Assembly (NCBI GenBank): GCA_030167865.1
Contig: JALAGF010003702.1
Location: 1 to 32,240, forward strand
From: Craspedostauros australis
Lineage: Eukaryota
DNA length: 32,240 nt
Reading direction: 5' to 3'
Below, one piece after another: positions 1 through 10,307 of this stretch. A program made the translations under genes and the position numbers. Within the stretch, counting starts at the first letter, position 1. Each line of letters starts with the position of its first letter. The notes below the pieces were generated by a model, which was not told the origin of the DNA, did no database searches, and was given only the letters and a program-made list of their open reading frames with translations.

Positions 1-54
1 GGGTGGTATGATGGAGGTGGGAGGATGACTTTCATTGCAAAACAAGGGCACCAT
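1..54 (-). CDS. Probable 5' end of a gene running off the left edge (MVPLFCNESHPPTSIIPP...)
   Basis: Minus-strand ATG at 54 lies in a strong context (tccaccATGg). The frame is open for 18 codons to the window edge and is divergent from the RING gene. Too short for a product call. Confidence 0.3.
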   Translation of the reverse strand, partial: MVPLFCNESHPPTSIIPP

Positions 55-659
55 GGTGGAGAACATCAAGCATCTGTTGCGCTGCTGTTCCGCTGCTGCT
101 CCGCTGCTGTTTTTGTTCCGATCGGTCTGTGAGCCAAATTATGTGTCGCGCAAGACGAAGAAAATGCCGATTCAAATCTGGCAAAAAGGGTCCGTCAACG
201 TTTTCCCCCAAAAGAGAGGGCATCCATTCCCATTCATGCATGCAGCCAACAAGGCCGATGACAACAATAAAGTGTACCACAGCAGTGATTGTCAAATGTT
301 CCGATACCTCCATGACGTCATGGGCATGGGCGTCCGTTGTGCCTCCTGCGATTGGGGGACAGCACTGTCGCAGGACGGGGTGCCCTAAAAGAGCAGGCGA
401 TTCCTTGGCCCCTCATTGGCCCATTTCGATTTTGCGAACCGTGTTTTGGGGGACTACTACTTTTGCGAATCATCGAAAACACAAGACCAACACCACGATC
501 AACACCGCGATCACCTCACAAGAACATGGGGATGGTGATGGAAGAGAGAGTGACTGGCCAACACAAGCCATCCACCCACGCCTCATCATAGCAAACCAGG
601 AAGCAAGTGCAGCACAAGCATCGTCATACGTAATACAAGTAATCGTGTAATGCAACACA

Positions 660-1700
660 ATGCAGCGAGCTTCGGCCACCAAGACACCGATCCTCCTGCA
701 CAAGGACAGCGAAACGAGCATCTACCAGGACCTCGTTTGCTCCGTTTGCTTGGAGATACCCATCTGGAATCCGGTCGTCAGCCCGTGCGACCATGTGTTC
801 TGCAGAGAGTGCTACGACGAGATGGTGAATTGTCTGAATGCAACGACCGTGCCCGGCGCCGTCAGACCCGCTCACATCTGCTGCCCGCTGGACCGCAAGG
901 AGATCCGCAGCGTGACTCCCATGAAAGGCGTGCTGCGACGCGTCTGGGAAAGTATCCAGGTCAAATGCCCGTACGAAGGATGCGCTTGGCGAGGCACCAT
1001 GGGCATGTACCTTGACCATGCCAGCGAGCGTTGCCAAGCAGCATCTGCGGAGCGGAAGAAGAACGCCAACGCCAACGAGGAGGATGACAAGGAAGCGCTG
1101 GCGGCGCAGGTGATGTACTTGCTGACAGAACTCAAGCACATGAGTGAGATGTGCGAGATCATGGCAGTGAGCGGGGAGGAGCAAGACAGGAAGATCTGCT
1201 CGTTGGAGCGTGAAAATCGGAAGCTCAAGCAGCAGTTGTCACAACTGCGTCCGAAGAAGCAACAAGGAGGAAGAGGAGGCGAAGCCGGGAGTCGCCAGCA
1301 GAGACGAGGCGGTCAGCAGCAAGCACCTCCGTCATCGTCGCCACGGGCATCAATGCCACAACCGACAGTCCAGGAGACTCAGGCAAGTCAGGAACCCACT
1401 GTTGATCCTTACTTCGATGGCAACTACGCATGGACCATGAACGATCTGAGCGAGATCGTGGCCTTGGTCGAACGAAATCCGACGAGGAAGCCCAGCAACG
1501 TGGATAGGAACAAGGTGTTCGAAGCCATCCGTAATTTGCAGGGCCGTTGGATTCGCAGCGGCGGCCTTGATCCCGATCTCTGGATCGATCAATTGGAGGA
1601 CGTTATAGACGTTTGTATGTCGTCGAGTTGGTTCTCTGCAAATCAAAATTCCAGGTTCGAAGAGATGCAAGACACGTTATTCGATGAATACCCCATTTAA
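660..1700 (+). CDS. C3HC4 RING finger protein with TRAF/Sina-type Zn finger and coiled coil (putative E3 ubiquitin ligase), 346 aa
   Basis: RING: CSVC...PCDHVFCREC...CPLDR. It is followed by VKCPYEGCAWRG...DHASERC (TRAF-like Zn finger), a coiled coil (ICSLERENRKLKQQLSQL), a Q/S/P linker and an ordered C-terminal region. Confidence 0.88.
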   Translation: MQRASATKTPILLHKDSETSIYQDLVCSVCLEIPIWNPVVSPCDHVFCRECYDEMVNCLNATTVPGAVRPAHICCPLDRKEIRSVTPMKGVLRRVWESIQVKCPYEGCAWRGTMGMYLDHASERCQAASAERKKNANANEEDDKEALAAQVMYLLTELKHMSEMCEIMAVSGEEQDRKICSLERENRKLKQQLSQLRPKKQQGGRGGEAGSRQQRRGGQQQAPPSSSPRASMPQPTVQETQASQEPTVDPYFDGNYAWTMNDLSEIVALVERNPTRKPSNVDRNKVFEAIRNLQGRWIRSGGLDPDLWIDQLEDVIDVCMSSSWFSANQNSRFEEMQDTLFDEYPI

Positions 1701-2888
1701 CATGCGAAACAAACACCATGGCCATTCTCACAGTCACGTGCACAAGGACGTGGACAAGCCCAAGGGTGAGCTATGCTTTATAACACTCTTCTTAGAAGCC
1801 TTCTTCCGCAACTTGAGAAGCTCCCAATCAGGCTGGCACGCCCAATGCCCATGTCAATCTACGATCCCATGGCGTGGAAAATCCGATCCCAATGGAGTAT
1901 TCTGGAGAGAGGGAGAGAGAGAGAGAGGTTCGTCCCTTGCTCGTACGACTACTGGCGCCGTGCTTGTCCAAGCACAAAGTAGATCTTCGTCGTGCAGGTG
2001 AGACGATCTCCATCCTCATGTTCTCTCTAGAGAGTATGCCGAAGCAATGATCTATGCTCCCTGTGTTGCAGAGGGTGACGGAGAGGATACGACATTGCGA
2101 CGACCGCCACGAACATGTTCAATCCTGACGTTGAGATTGTGCACTTATCATCTACTCTCTCTCTCTCTCTAGATTTGTGTGTCGGTATGGCCTTCGTCCG
2201 GACGCGCATTCGAGTTACATGTTTCGAGTCACGATTGAACCGTGTTTCGACAAATGAAGAAGTGTTGGTATCATGTTCTCGAGAACGAACAAAATGCGAA
2301 GGCGAAGAAGGAAGATTTCACGAACGAGAAGCTCGGAGTGACGACAACGTGTGGATGAACACATCACCAACCAACAAAGCGCACGTCGACGACTGAGCGT
2401 GACTGCGAAAAGAGAGCGAAAAGGAAGCCGAAAGCCTTCGTTTGGATACTCTGCATCCACTTTGTTCTGGTTCGCAAATTGGGAAAGGAGTCCCACCTCT
2501 CTCTTTCTCTCTCTGTGTTGGATTCGGTTGCTCCTCCACGTTCTCCATCCATCAACATGTCTCAGAAACGCATCTCGCTTTGATGTCCACGACACACAAT
2601 ACCGACACCGCAACCACACGCGCCCCCTTTGACACCGCTCATTGACAACTGGTGATCACTCTTGTTGACGCCGTGGAAGGTGACAGCAACATCACTCAAA
2701 CTTCAGTTGGGAACAACCGCCCGCAAGGTGGAGACTGTTCTCGGCAGTTCTGGACGAAGAAAGGAATCAAGGACAGAGGTCGACTGTGTTGGAGGAACTC
2801 CGATTGTCATCATCGCAGACAACAGCAGCGCCTGCGACCACCATACTGCTACTCTCCTGCAGAGCTCGCAGGTCCATACGTGGACACC

Positions 2889-5639
2889 ATGAGCACCAGC
2901 AACAGCAACACAATCGACGCATGCAACAGTATTCACCACCACAACAACAGCAACAACAACAGCAATACAAGGATCCAAAACGGAGAGGGACAGAGAGGAC
3001 AGGAGCAGCTGGCGCAACGATCCACAGAAGCAACGGCAGTACACGCAACAGCAACAGCAACAACCATCGACCACCCACGATCCGCGCAACATTCAACGGA
3101 CACACATTCCAAAGACAGGATGATCACTCACGCGACCGCGGACGAAACCGCACAGAAACGGCTGCTCCTATCATCACATAACCAATCATCAGATGCAATC
3201 ATGTCAGACCGCACCGCCACAGCAACTACGACTCCAAGTCCGACTCCAAGTCCAACTGCACAAGATGGAGTGCGTCCTGATGACTTGGGCGCACAGCCAC
3301 TGATCGACGGCCAAGATGTTGATGATGTCGACGATGAGGACAGGACGTCCTGTCGCACGGCGTCGCGTCAGCTAGTGCTCTTCGCCGCATCCTTCTGGTT
3401 GAGCCAGATGCTGGTGGCGGTCGTTCTCAAGAAGTTCGGCATCATCCAGCAGAACCTCAACGAAATCGTCGTGCAGAGGGTGGTTCCCACGTTGCAGCAG
3501 CAGCTGGAGCAGCACAAGCTCATGGAGTGGTCCACCTCGCCTATGTTCGCAATGGACGCGAACATGACCCAATGGCTCATGCCGCACAACTTCAACGAAT
3601 ACACCGCCTACTGGAACTACCTCGCCAACGAAACTGCGCTGTCCGTCGGCCATCTCATGGGCGAGCGCGAGCGCCCGGGCTACCAGCTGTCAAAACAGGG
3701 CGCCAAAGGCCAATACCCCGTGGTCATGATCCCCGGCTTCGTCACGAGCGGCCTGGAGGTTTGGAAGGGCAAGGAGTGCGCGCGCAAGTACTTCCGTCAG
3801 AAGATGTGGGGTGGCATCTCCAGTGCCAAGCATTTCCTCATGGAACGCGACTGCTTCTTCCAGCACATGTCGCTCGATCCCTTCACCGGCCTGGATCCTC
3901 AAGATGTTCGACTGCGTGCGTCGGAGGGATTTGAGGCGGCGGACTACTTCATGCCATCGTACTGGGTGTGGGCCAAGATACTGGAGAACCTCGCGGATAC
4001 TGGTTACGATGGCAGCCGGATGTCCCTGGAATCGTACGACTGGCGGTTGGCGTTCCCGCTGTTGGAGGAGCGGGACGGATACCTCACAAAACTCAAGTAC
4101 AAGATCGAAGCGTACAAGAAGACGACGGGCAAGAAGGTCATCCTCTCATCCCATTCTCTGGGCGCCATCCTCGTCCACTACTTCTTCGCGTGGGTCACGT
4201 CGCGCGAGGGTGGCAACGGCGGCAAAACCTGGGTCAATGATCACATTCATACCTACATCAACATCGCTGGTGCGCAACTCGGTGTCCCCAAGGCCGCATC
4301 CGCCTTGCTGTCGGGCGAGATGAGCGACACGGTCGTCATGGGGCCGCTGCGGAGCCTGGTGGAACAATTCGTCGGCCGCGAACTGAGGCGCGATCTGTGG
4401 TCCACCTGGGGATCCCTGTGGTCCATGCTGCCCAAGGGTGGCGATGCTCTGTGGGCTGTGGGCGCCGACATTGAATGCGGCGCGTCCAACACGAGTGGTC
4501 TTCATCAGTTCTCGGGTGATGCGAATGCGCAGGTTGGCAGTCCCACTTGCAACTGTGGTGCACTCTCCAGCGAAAATGTGCAAGACGATGGTAGCGTGGC
4601 TGAACCACGAAAAGGCAATAGCTTCATGAAGAGAATCAAAGGCGTGTTCAGGAAGCGAAAGGAAACGACGCAAGCAATGCCGCTCTTTGTCATGACTCAC
4701 AGTGTCGCAAAAGTATCTGCGCAGGCCGAAGAACCATCACAGCCCAATACTCGTACGACAGGATCTGGAAACGCATCGGCAGAATCATCCGCGTCTGCAT
4801 CGCCCACACAGGGTCAGGCACAATCACAAGCAACGCAACAACACTCTCGACCAAAACAGCAAAAGCAACAGCAAACGCGATCAACTCCACGCTCACTGTC
4901 CACACTTGAGTCGGCGCTGGAGGACGCGATCAGGAAGTTCGACCAATTTCAAATGCCGACAGTCGAGCAGGCCATCCGGTTCCTGTCTGAGTACGGCGCT
5001 GGCAAGGGGCCCAACCTATCGTCGCCCAAGCACGTTAGCTTCGATGAACGGGAGCGCAACCAGAAATCAATATGGCACGACATGACAAGAACTCCTCTGC
5101 CGTACGCCCCTGACATGAAGATCTACTGCCTCTACGGAGTCGGTTTGGACACAGAACGTGCCTACTTCTACAAGCGCAACGAAGAGCACGATCCAACCGC
5201 GCCGGACAACAGCAGCGAAGGTGGCGCACAGCACCAAGCGAGCACCATCCCGTTCGTCCTGGACACGTCCGTCGATGATCCCGACCACAACATCAAGAGC
5301 GGCGTCAAGTACAGCGACGGCGATCACAGCGTCCCGCTCATCTCCTTGGGCTACATGTGCGCGGATGCGTGGCGACGGAAGGATTCGGGTCTCAACCCAT
5401 CCGGCATCCCCATTGTCACGCGTGAATACAAGAACGTGAACGAATTCGATTCCAGCGATCCCATGCGAGGCGGTCCCTACTCGGCGGATCACGTAGACAT
5501 TTTGGGCAACATTGACATGCTGACGGATTTCATTAAGATCGTCACGGAGCACGAGGATGTCCCGGATAAGTTCGAGAGCAACATTCGGGAAATCTCGCAA
5601 AAGATCAACGAAAGCGGTGGGCTATTCAAGCGCAGGTGA
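2889..5639 (+). CDS. PDAT: Phospholipid:diacylglycerol acyltransferase (LCAT/LRO1 family)
   Basis: Motifs: YPVVMIPGFVTSGLEVW, CARKYFRQKMWG, GFEAADYFMPSYWVWAKILENLA, YDWRLAF, nucleophile motif SHSLG, PDMKIYCLYGVG, DGDHSVPLISLG and DHVDILG (Ser-Asp-His triad). One N-terminal TM segment (LVLFAASFWLSQMLVAVVL). First in-frame ATG is 2889; the ORF track starts at GTG 2652, and later ATGs are possible. Confidence 0.95.
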   Translation: MSTSNSNTIDACNSIHHHNNSNNNSNTRIQNGEGQRGQEQLAQRSTEATAVHATATATTIDHPRSAQHSTDTHSKDRMITHATADETAQKRLLLSSHNQSSDAIMSDRTATATTTPSPTPSPTAQDGVRPDDLGAQPLIDGQDVDDVDDEDRTSCRTASRQLVLFAASFWLSQMLVAVVLKKFGIIQQNLNEIVVQRVVPTLQQQLEQHKLMEWSTSPMFAMDANMTQWLMPHNFNEYTAYWNYLANETALSVGHLMGERERPGYQLSKQGAKGQYPVVMIPGFVTSGLEVWKGKECARKYFRQKMWGGISSAKHFLMERDCFFQHMSLDPFTGLDPQDVRLRASEGFEAADYFMPSYWVWAKILENLADTGYDGSRMSLESYDWRLAFPLLEERDGYLTKLKYKIEAYKKTTGKKVILSSHSLGAILVHYFFAWVTSREGGNGGKTWVNDHIHTYINIAGAQLGVPKAASALLSGEMSDTVVMGPLRSLVEQFVGRELRRDLWSTWGSLWSMLPKGGDALWAVGADIECGASNTSGLHQFSGDANAQVGSPTCNCGALSSENVQDDGSVAEPRKGNSFMKRIKGVFRKRKETTQAMPLFVMTHSVAKVSAQAEEPSQPNTRTTGSGNASAESSASASPTQGQAQSQATQQHSRPKQQKQQQTRSTPRSLSTLESALEDAIRKFDQFQMPTVEQAIRFLSEYGAGKGPNLSSPKHVSFDERERNQKSIWHDMTRTPLPYAPDMKIYCLYGVGLDTERAYFYKRNEEHDPTAPDNSSEGGAQHQASTIPFVLDTSVDDPDHNIKSGVKYSDGDHSVPLISLGYMCADAWRRKDSGLNPSGIPIVTREYKNVNEFDSSDPMRGGPYSADHVDILGNIDMLTDFIKIVTEHEDVPDKFESNIREISQKINESGGLFKRR

Positions 5640-5785
5640 TAGCTGGGCTCCCCTGCTGGGGCAGTCCGTGGAAATAGAGCACCATGCGAATGCAGTACAA
5701 GAGTTCATATTCTACTTTAAATAGTACAATTCATAGAACGGCGTGTATCGTCTAAGCTCTACTCGTATGAAATACTACTCGTATG

Positions 5786-7510
5786 TTACTTGCTCCTGCG
5801 CTTCTCTCCGCGCGAGTGCTTGTTGTGCCGATGCTTACCGCTGCCCCCATCACGGTGCGAATGTCTGCGGTCGCCATTGTCCGATCGATGTCGGTTGGAT
5901 GAGGCATGCTTTCTGCGGTGACCATCATCACCGCTGCTGCTATTCTTGTATCCTTCCACGACTTCGTACTCATCCATGGCATCCCGGCCATCTTCCCCAA
6001 GCCTAGCATCTTGATCCATGTGACGTCGACATTTGAAGGTGGTGGACATCCAATCTTTGCTGCTTCCGTTACCGTTGTCATTGCCATCGTCGCCTTCCGT
6101 GACTTGGCCGTGGTAGGCTTCCACATCATCCCCTGACCCTTTGCGCTTGCTGCCTGATGTTGCCTTCTTTGCCATCCTGGAGGCCAGGCTGTTGTCAGCT
6201 TTGCTCTCCTTGCCGGTGCCCTTGGAGCCGGCGACAGTTTTTCGGACCTTGCTCTGAAAGGACATGAACTTGGAGAGCGTGTCATCCTCTCGTCTGCGCT
6301 TGTCTTTGCTGCCCTTCTTGGCGTACTTCGCACGACGCGCTTCCACCAAACTGACCTTCGGCTTCTTGGGTGCTTCAGCTTCGTTTGTCATCTTCTTGGA
6401 CACAGATTTGGCCACCAGCTCTTCCTCGCGCTTATCTGCTTTCTTGCTCTTCGATGATCTGTACGCAACACGTGCGGATTCCTTCTCGACTTGCACATCG
6501 CTGCTGTCGCCATCATCATCACCATCGCGATTGCTGTCTCCATTACTGCCATCCTCTGCATCCCTCGTTTTGCTCTTTGAGGCCTTCGTCTTCGTCTTTG
6601 CGGCCTCTTCCGTGTCCGAACTCTCGGCGTCCGCAGATTTGGACTTCTTGGAGGATTTCTTCGATGACTTCTTGGGCTTGTCGGACTTGGAAAGCTTGCC
6701 TTCGACGTTGGCATCCACATCGCGCGACAGCAGCTTGCTTTCGATGACGTCGTGGCTGCTCTTGATGCCTCTTTCCGTGACATCCACATCCTCATCGTCC
6801 ATCATCTCATCTCCGAACGAAAGCAGCTTGACGTTCTTGACGCCCTTGCGCTTCTTTTTGGATTTCTTTTTGGACTTGGCGTCCTGCTTCCACGGCATGA
6901 TGGATTCCGGGTGGGTGGGGACTAGCGATGTGTGGATGGGATTGTCTTGGATCTTGACGCCCGTGATGCGCGGTGCTTCTTCCAGGATGGACGGCTGTCC
7001 GGTGGCCTCGTCGACATCCGTGTTGCCGATGCGGATGGCATTGAAGATGGTCTGACCGCTGATGGTGCCGAAGATGACGTGCTTGCCATCGAGATGGGCT
7101 GTCTCCTCCAGCGTGATGAAGAACTGAGGCTGCAGGGTGACGGCGTCGTCGGTTTCATCCACGCCCATCGCCATGGCCACGAGGCCTCTGTGGCTGAAGC
7201 GTATCCTGGAGTTGAGCTCGTACTGTCGGCGTTCCAGCGCGACGTCGGCCTCCACCTTCTTGCGGTACTTCGAGACGTCGCCGCCGTCGGGTCCCTGACC
7301 TGCGCGGGTGGCACCCGTTTGCACGAGGAAGTTGGGCATGATTCTGTGGAACACCATGTTGTCGTAGAAGCCGTCCATGCAGAGCTGCATGAAGAACTTG
7401 GTGGTGAGAGGGCACTCCCTGCTCCACAGCTGAATGTCGAGCGGACCGTGCGTGGTCTCCAGGACCACACGTCCGGCCATGGCCGGCTCCGTCACGTAGA
7501 CTTGACTCAT
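5786..7510 (-). CDS. CWC27: Spliceosome-associated cyclophilin CWC27, 574 aa
   Basis: N-terminus MSQVYVTEP..GRVVLETTHGPLDIQLWSRECP, FHRIMPNF, SRIRFSHRGLVAMA, QFFITL, LDGKHVIFG. Also KLLSFGDE, IKSSHD and REDDTLSKFMSFQSK, with a long K/S/D-rich tail typical of CWC27. Confidence 0.93.
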   Translation of the reverse strand: MSQVYVTEPAMAGRVVLETTHGPLDIQLWSRECPLTTKFFMQLCMDGFYDNMVFHRIMPNFLVQTGATRAGQGPDGGDVSKYRKKVEADVALERRQYELNSRIRFSHRGLVAMAMGVDETDDAVTLQPQFFITLEETAHLDGKHVIFGTISGQTIFNAIRIGNTDVDEATGQPSILEEAPRITGVKIQDNPIHTSLVPTHPESIMPWKQDAKSKKKSKKKRKGVKNVKLLSFGDEMMDDEDVDVTERGIKSSHDVIESKLLSRDVDANVEGKLSKSDKPKKSSKKSSKKSKSADAESSDTEEAAKTKTKASKSKTRDAEDGSNGDSNRDGDDDGDSSDVQVEKESARVAYRSSKSKKADKREEELVAKSVSKKMTNEAEAPKKPKVSLVEARRAKYAKKGSKDKRRREDDTLSKFMSFQSKVRKTVAGSKGTGKESKADNSLASRMAKKATSGSKRKGSGDDVEAYHGQVTEGDDGNDNGNGSSKDWMSTTFKCRRHMDQDARLGEDGRDAMDEYEVVEGYKNSSSGDDGHRRKHASSNRHRSDNGDRRHSHRDGGSGKHRHNKHSRGEKRRSK

Positions 7511-7833
7511 GCTGCTGTTGTTGCCAACGAATTGTCTTGGTCGTGTCTACCAGTACGACTAATACTCGTGCTCGCAGCGTGGCAGAGTATGGTCCTGGTG
7601 TGATGGACTGTGAATGTGAGATTGGGATGCTGGACTCTGTTGGTGCTCCTTTGGTGACGTGCTGCGTCGCGTGGAACTGTGTTGTGTTCTGATCATCGTT
7701 TGTGTGTGTTGATGTTGTGGTTGATGTTGATGTTCTGTTTTGTTTGAGTGTGTTGATGTGTTTTCGTTGGTTGGTTGCGAATCATCCACGATCGTGGCTG
7801 AATCCAACGAATCGAAGATCGGCCAAAAATTCA

Positions 7834-9264
7834 TCAATCCGCGTCTGTGGTAGACTCGGGTTGGTAGTTGTGCAGGGCCAGCACTTCCTGAGGCTTGCAA
7901 GGCGATCGGCAGATGGGGCATTCCGGTCGGACGTTGGTGACCCAATGCAGCAGACAATACCAGCACATGACGTGGCCGCACGAAACCGGAGCCGCAGCAT
8001 GTTTGCGCGGCATGCGGCAGATCGTGCAAGATGCGACTTGACCGTCCTTGGGGTCTTGGATGGATACATCGACTGAACTTTGCTGCGGTTTTTGCTGTGC
8101 AGCAGTGTCGTCGCAATCATCCTTGATACCGTCCGTAGCTGGCTCGGTGACATCGAGGTATTTGCGGACCATCCACCTGCTCATCCCATTGATCATGAAT
8201 CGAATGGATGAGCTCATGGCTTGCAAACAGATCAGGCTCCCAACCACCCTGGGGATCGGCGACGCTTGCCTGCTGCTGCTGTTGGCATTACTTTGGATTC
8301 GGAGACCGCAGAGCCTGTGGAGCCAAGTTGGGTGCCTGCCCGTGATACAGAAATGAGCCAATTGCAACCGAATCAACCATCTGGCAATTGAGATTGTTGC
8401 TCCGGATGCTGCATCAGTATCACCAAGATCGCGCACCCCATGAGGTGTGGACTGTGGCACCAGAGCATCCATCAAAGTCTGCCATTCCATACAGTCGTTG
8501 AAGTGAGTACAACACATAGAGATCACTGTGAGCAAAGCATGTTGTTCTCTGACAAGATCTTGACATGCACGAGAGCAAAATAACATCCCATTGCTGTACT
8601 GTGTTCCGCAAGTATCCACCAGTGCATTCCACCTTCCTACCACACGTACCGATAGTATCAACTTCCCCAGTCCCTTCATCCGCGTCAGCATCATCGGCTG
8701 ACTCGAAGCCTGATCGCTCGGACTCTCGCATCGTTTCGCAGTGGCTGAAACTGAACTGTCCGTTGCCCTCGCTGTCACGTTTTGCAGAGTCGTTGCCGCT
8801 GCGTTGCTGCGCTGCATCATCTGCCGTCGCAATCTCTGAAACTGCCGGCGTCGATCGTCGCCCCGCAGTGCTTCCACATTGCCACTGTCCATGCTTCCAC
8901 TGTTGCTGCTGGATAGCATGGCGCCTCGCGATGACAGCAGCATGGCACCACCAACCCCAGCCAAACACAACTTCGCGACGTTGCTGCGTTCGGAAAAGTC
9001 CAACCCCAGCGCGGCCATGCCCAGCGTCCGTTTCGATGGCATCACGACGATGCAGTTGTACAGCAGGTACACCAGGAACCAAGCTGTGCCGCGGACATCC
9101 AACGAACGAGGGGCGACGTTCTCCAAGCACTCGACGATGAGCTGCTGGCATTGCTGGATGTACCGCACGTCCTTCGCGACGCTGAGCAGGCTGCTGGAGA
9201 CCAGGCCGGCATCCGGCACGTTGGTTCCATCGTTGGCCGTCGTTGTGACTTCCTGTTGCGTCAT
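7834..9264 (-). CDS. PEX10: Peroxisomal RING peroxin PEX10; predicted exons 9264-8650 and 8478-7834 (419 aa spliced)
   Basis: C-terminal RING CTIC...SCGHVMCWYC...ECPICR. Pex2/Pex12-type N-domain cues: KDVRY, RTLG and IRLQLAHFCITGRHPTWLHRLCGL. Predicted 171-nt intron. Confidence 0.82.
   Translation of the reverse strand: MTQQEVTTTANDGTNVPDAGLVSSSLLSVAKDVRYIQQCQQLIVECLENVAPRSLDVRGTAWFLVYLLYNCIVVMPSKRTLGMAALGLDFSERSNVAKLCLAGVGGAMLLSSRGAMLSSSNSGSMDSGNVEALRGDDRRRQFQRLRRQMMQRSNAAATTLQNVTARATDSSVSATAKRCESPSDQASSQPMMLTRMKGLGKLILSVRVVGRWNALVDTCGTQYSNGMLFCSRACQDLVREQHALLTVISMCCTHFNDCMEWQTLMDALVPQSTPHGVRDLGDTDAASGATISIARWLIRLQLAHFCITGRHPTWLHRLCGLRIQSNANSSSRQASPIPRVVGSLICLQAMSSSIRFMINGMSRWMVRKYLDVTEPATDGIKDDCDDTAAQQKPQQSSVDVSIQDPKDGQVASCTICRMPRKHAAAPVSCGHVMCWYCLLHWVTNVRPECPICRSPCKPQEVLALHNYQPESTTDAD
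8479..8649 (-). other. Predicted phase-0 spliceosomal intron of PEX10 (171 nt, in frame, stop-free)
   Basis: Donor GTACGT at 8649, branch-like TACTCAC about 25 nt before the acceptor, and acceptor GGCAG ending at 8479. Confidence 0.75.
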
Positions 9265-10307
9265 GGCATCGTCGCTTCTGTTGTATTGTATCGTATCGTA
9301 TTGCTTTGGTGATCCCTGTTTCCCTTGTGCTCCTCACACAACTCCCTTGACACAATTGTTGCTTTGTTGATCTTTTCTCGCAGCTGCGGAATCACGGAAA
9401 CCTCTGAAGGTTTCGTTTCGTTTTGCGGTTGTTGGCGCATTTGTAGCCTTTTCACAAAGCTAGAGTCATGGAGCGGAAGGGAAGGAGAATTGATGTTCGT
9501 CATGTCAAGAAGGTGTCATCGACGACGCGGATGTCGTCATGAAGGTGCAGTTGCATGGCACACTCCACTGTCCACACTACCAAACGGACGAGCGGAACAA
9601 GTGGATGCACTTATACTGATGTAATGAATAGTAGTGGCTATGTACAACTATTATATGTGCGATTATTTTACAATGCAGCGATTGGTGCCGGAAGGGTGGT
9701 ACCAATAGAGGGAGGACCATGGCTGGAGCTAATGATGCCGTTGTCGTCGATATCTATTGGCACTGCCGTGTTCGTCGGAGCGACAACCGTCCGCTTTGCT
9801 TGGTTGAACATGATCTATGTCTCGCTTTGTTTGCTTGCCCAAGATTGTTCATCGGACGAGCATGCTGGATTCAAAGGAGCACCATAGGCAACGTGGGAGG
9901 TTCGATCGTTGACATCGTCCTTTGCGACGCAAGCGTTGGATGGTTGGCATGCATCAGAGTCCCTATCTCTGGAGAGAGCGAGAGAGAGACTCGTGGAGAG
10001 CCGAGATCGATCAACTCAATGAAACCGTATCGAACCCCTCATTGGATGCTGCTCGGCTGCTTCACGGCAAGCAGGGACGCATGGACATGATGCTTTCTCT
10101 TGGCGCAAGTGGGGAGCCCATCGTGCGTGTTTTTGCAGCGATGGTTTCTCGCGCAACGTTGGATCACGCGAATGCAGTGCGGGAGTGTAACAAAATATTC
10201 TTCTCTGTGATGTTCGGAGAATGATTCCAGTTGCGCTCGCGTTCCCCGTTCCATTTCGTGACATCCAAAGTGGATTGGACTGGATGTGCCAAGCGTTGAG
10301 GATCTCG

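Noticed and set aside
1905..2171. GA and CT tracts as terminal inverted repeats of a MITE
   Set aside because: Simple microsatellites common in this window, with no TSD and no complex TIR.
2652..2888. GTG-initiated N-terminal extension of PDAT
   Set aside because: Non-AUG start in a eukaryote with no supporting feature; probably 5' UTR.
6264..7603. Long antisense ORFs over CWC27 (263 and 223 aa)
   Set aside because: Shadow frames of a biased-composition CDS with no recognisable motifs.
8420..9355. 311-aa alternative-frame ORF over PEX10
   Set aside because: R/Q/A-rich off-frame translation with no domain features.
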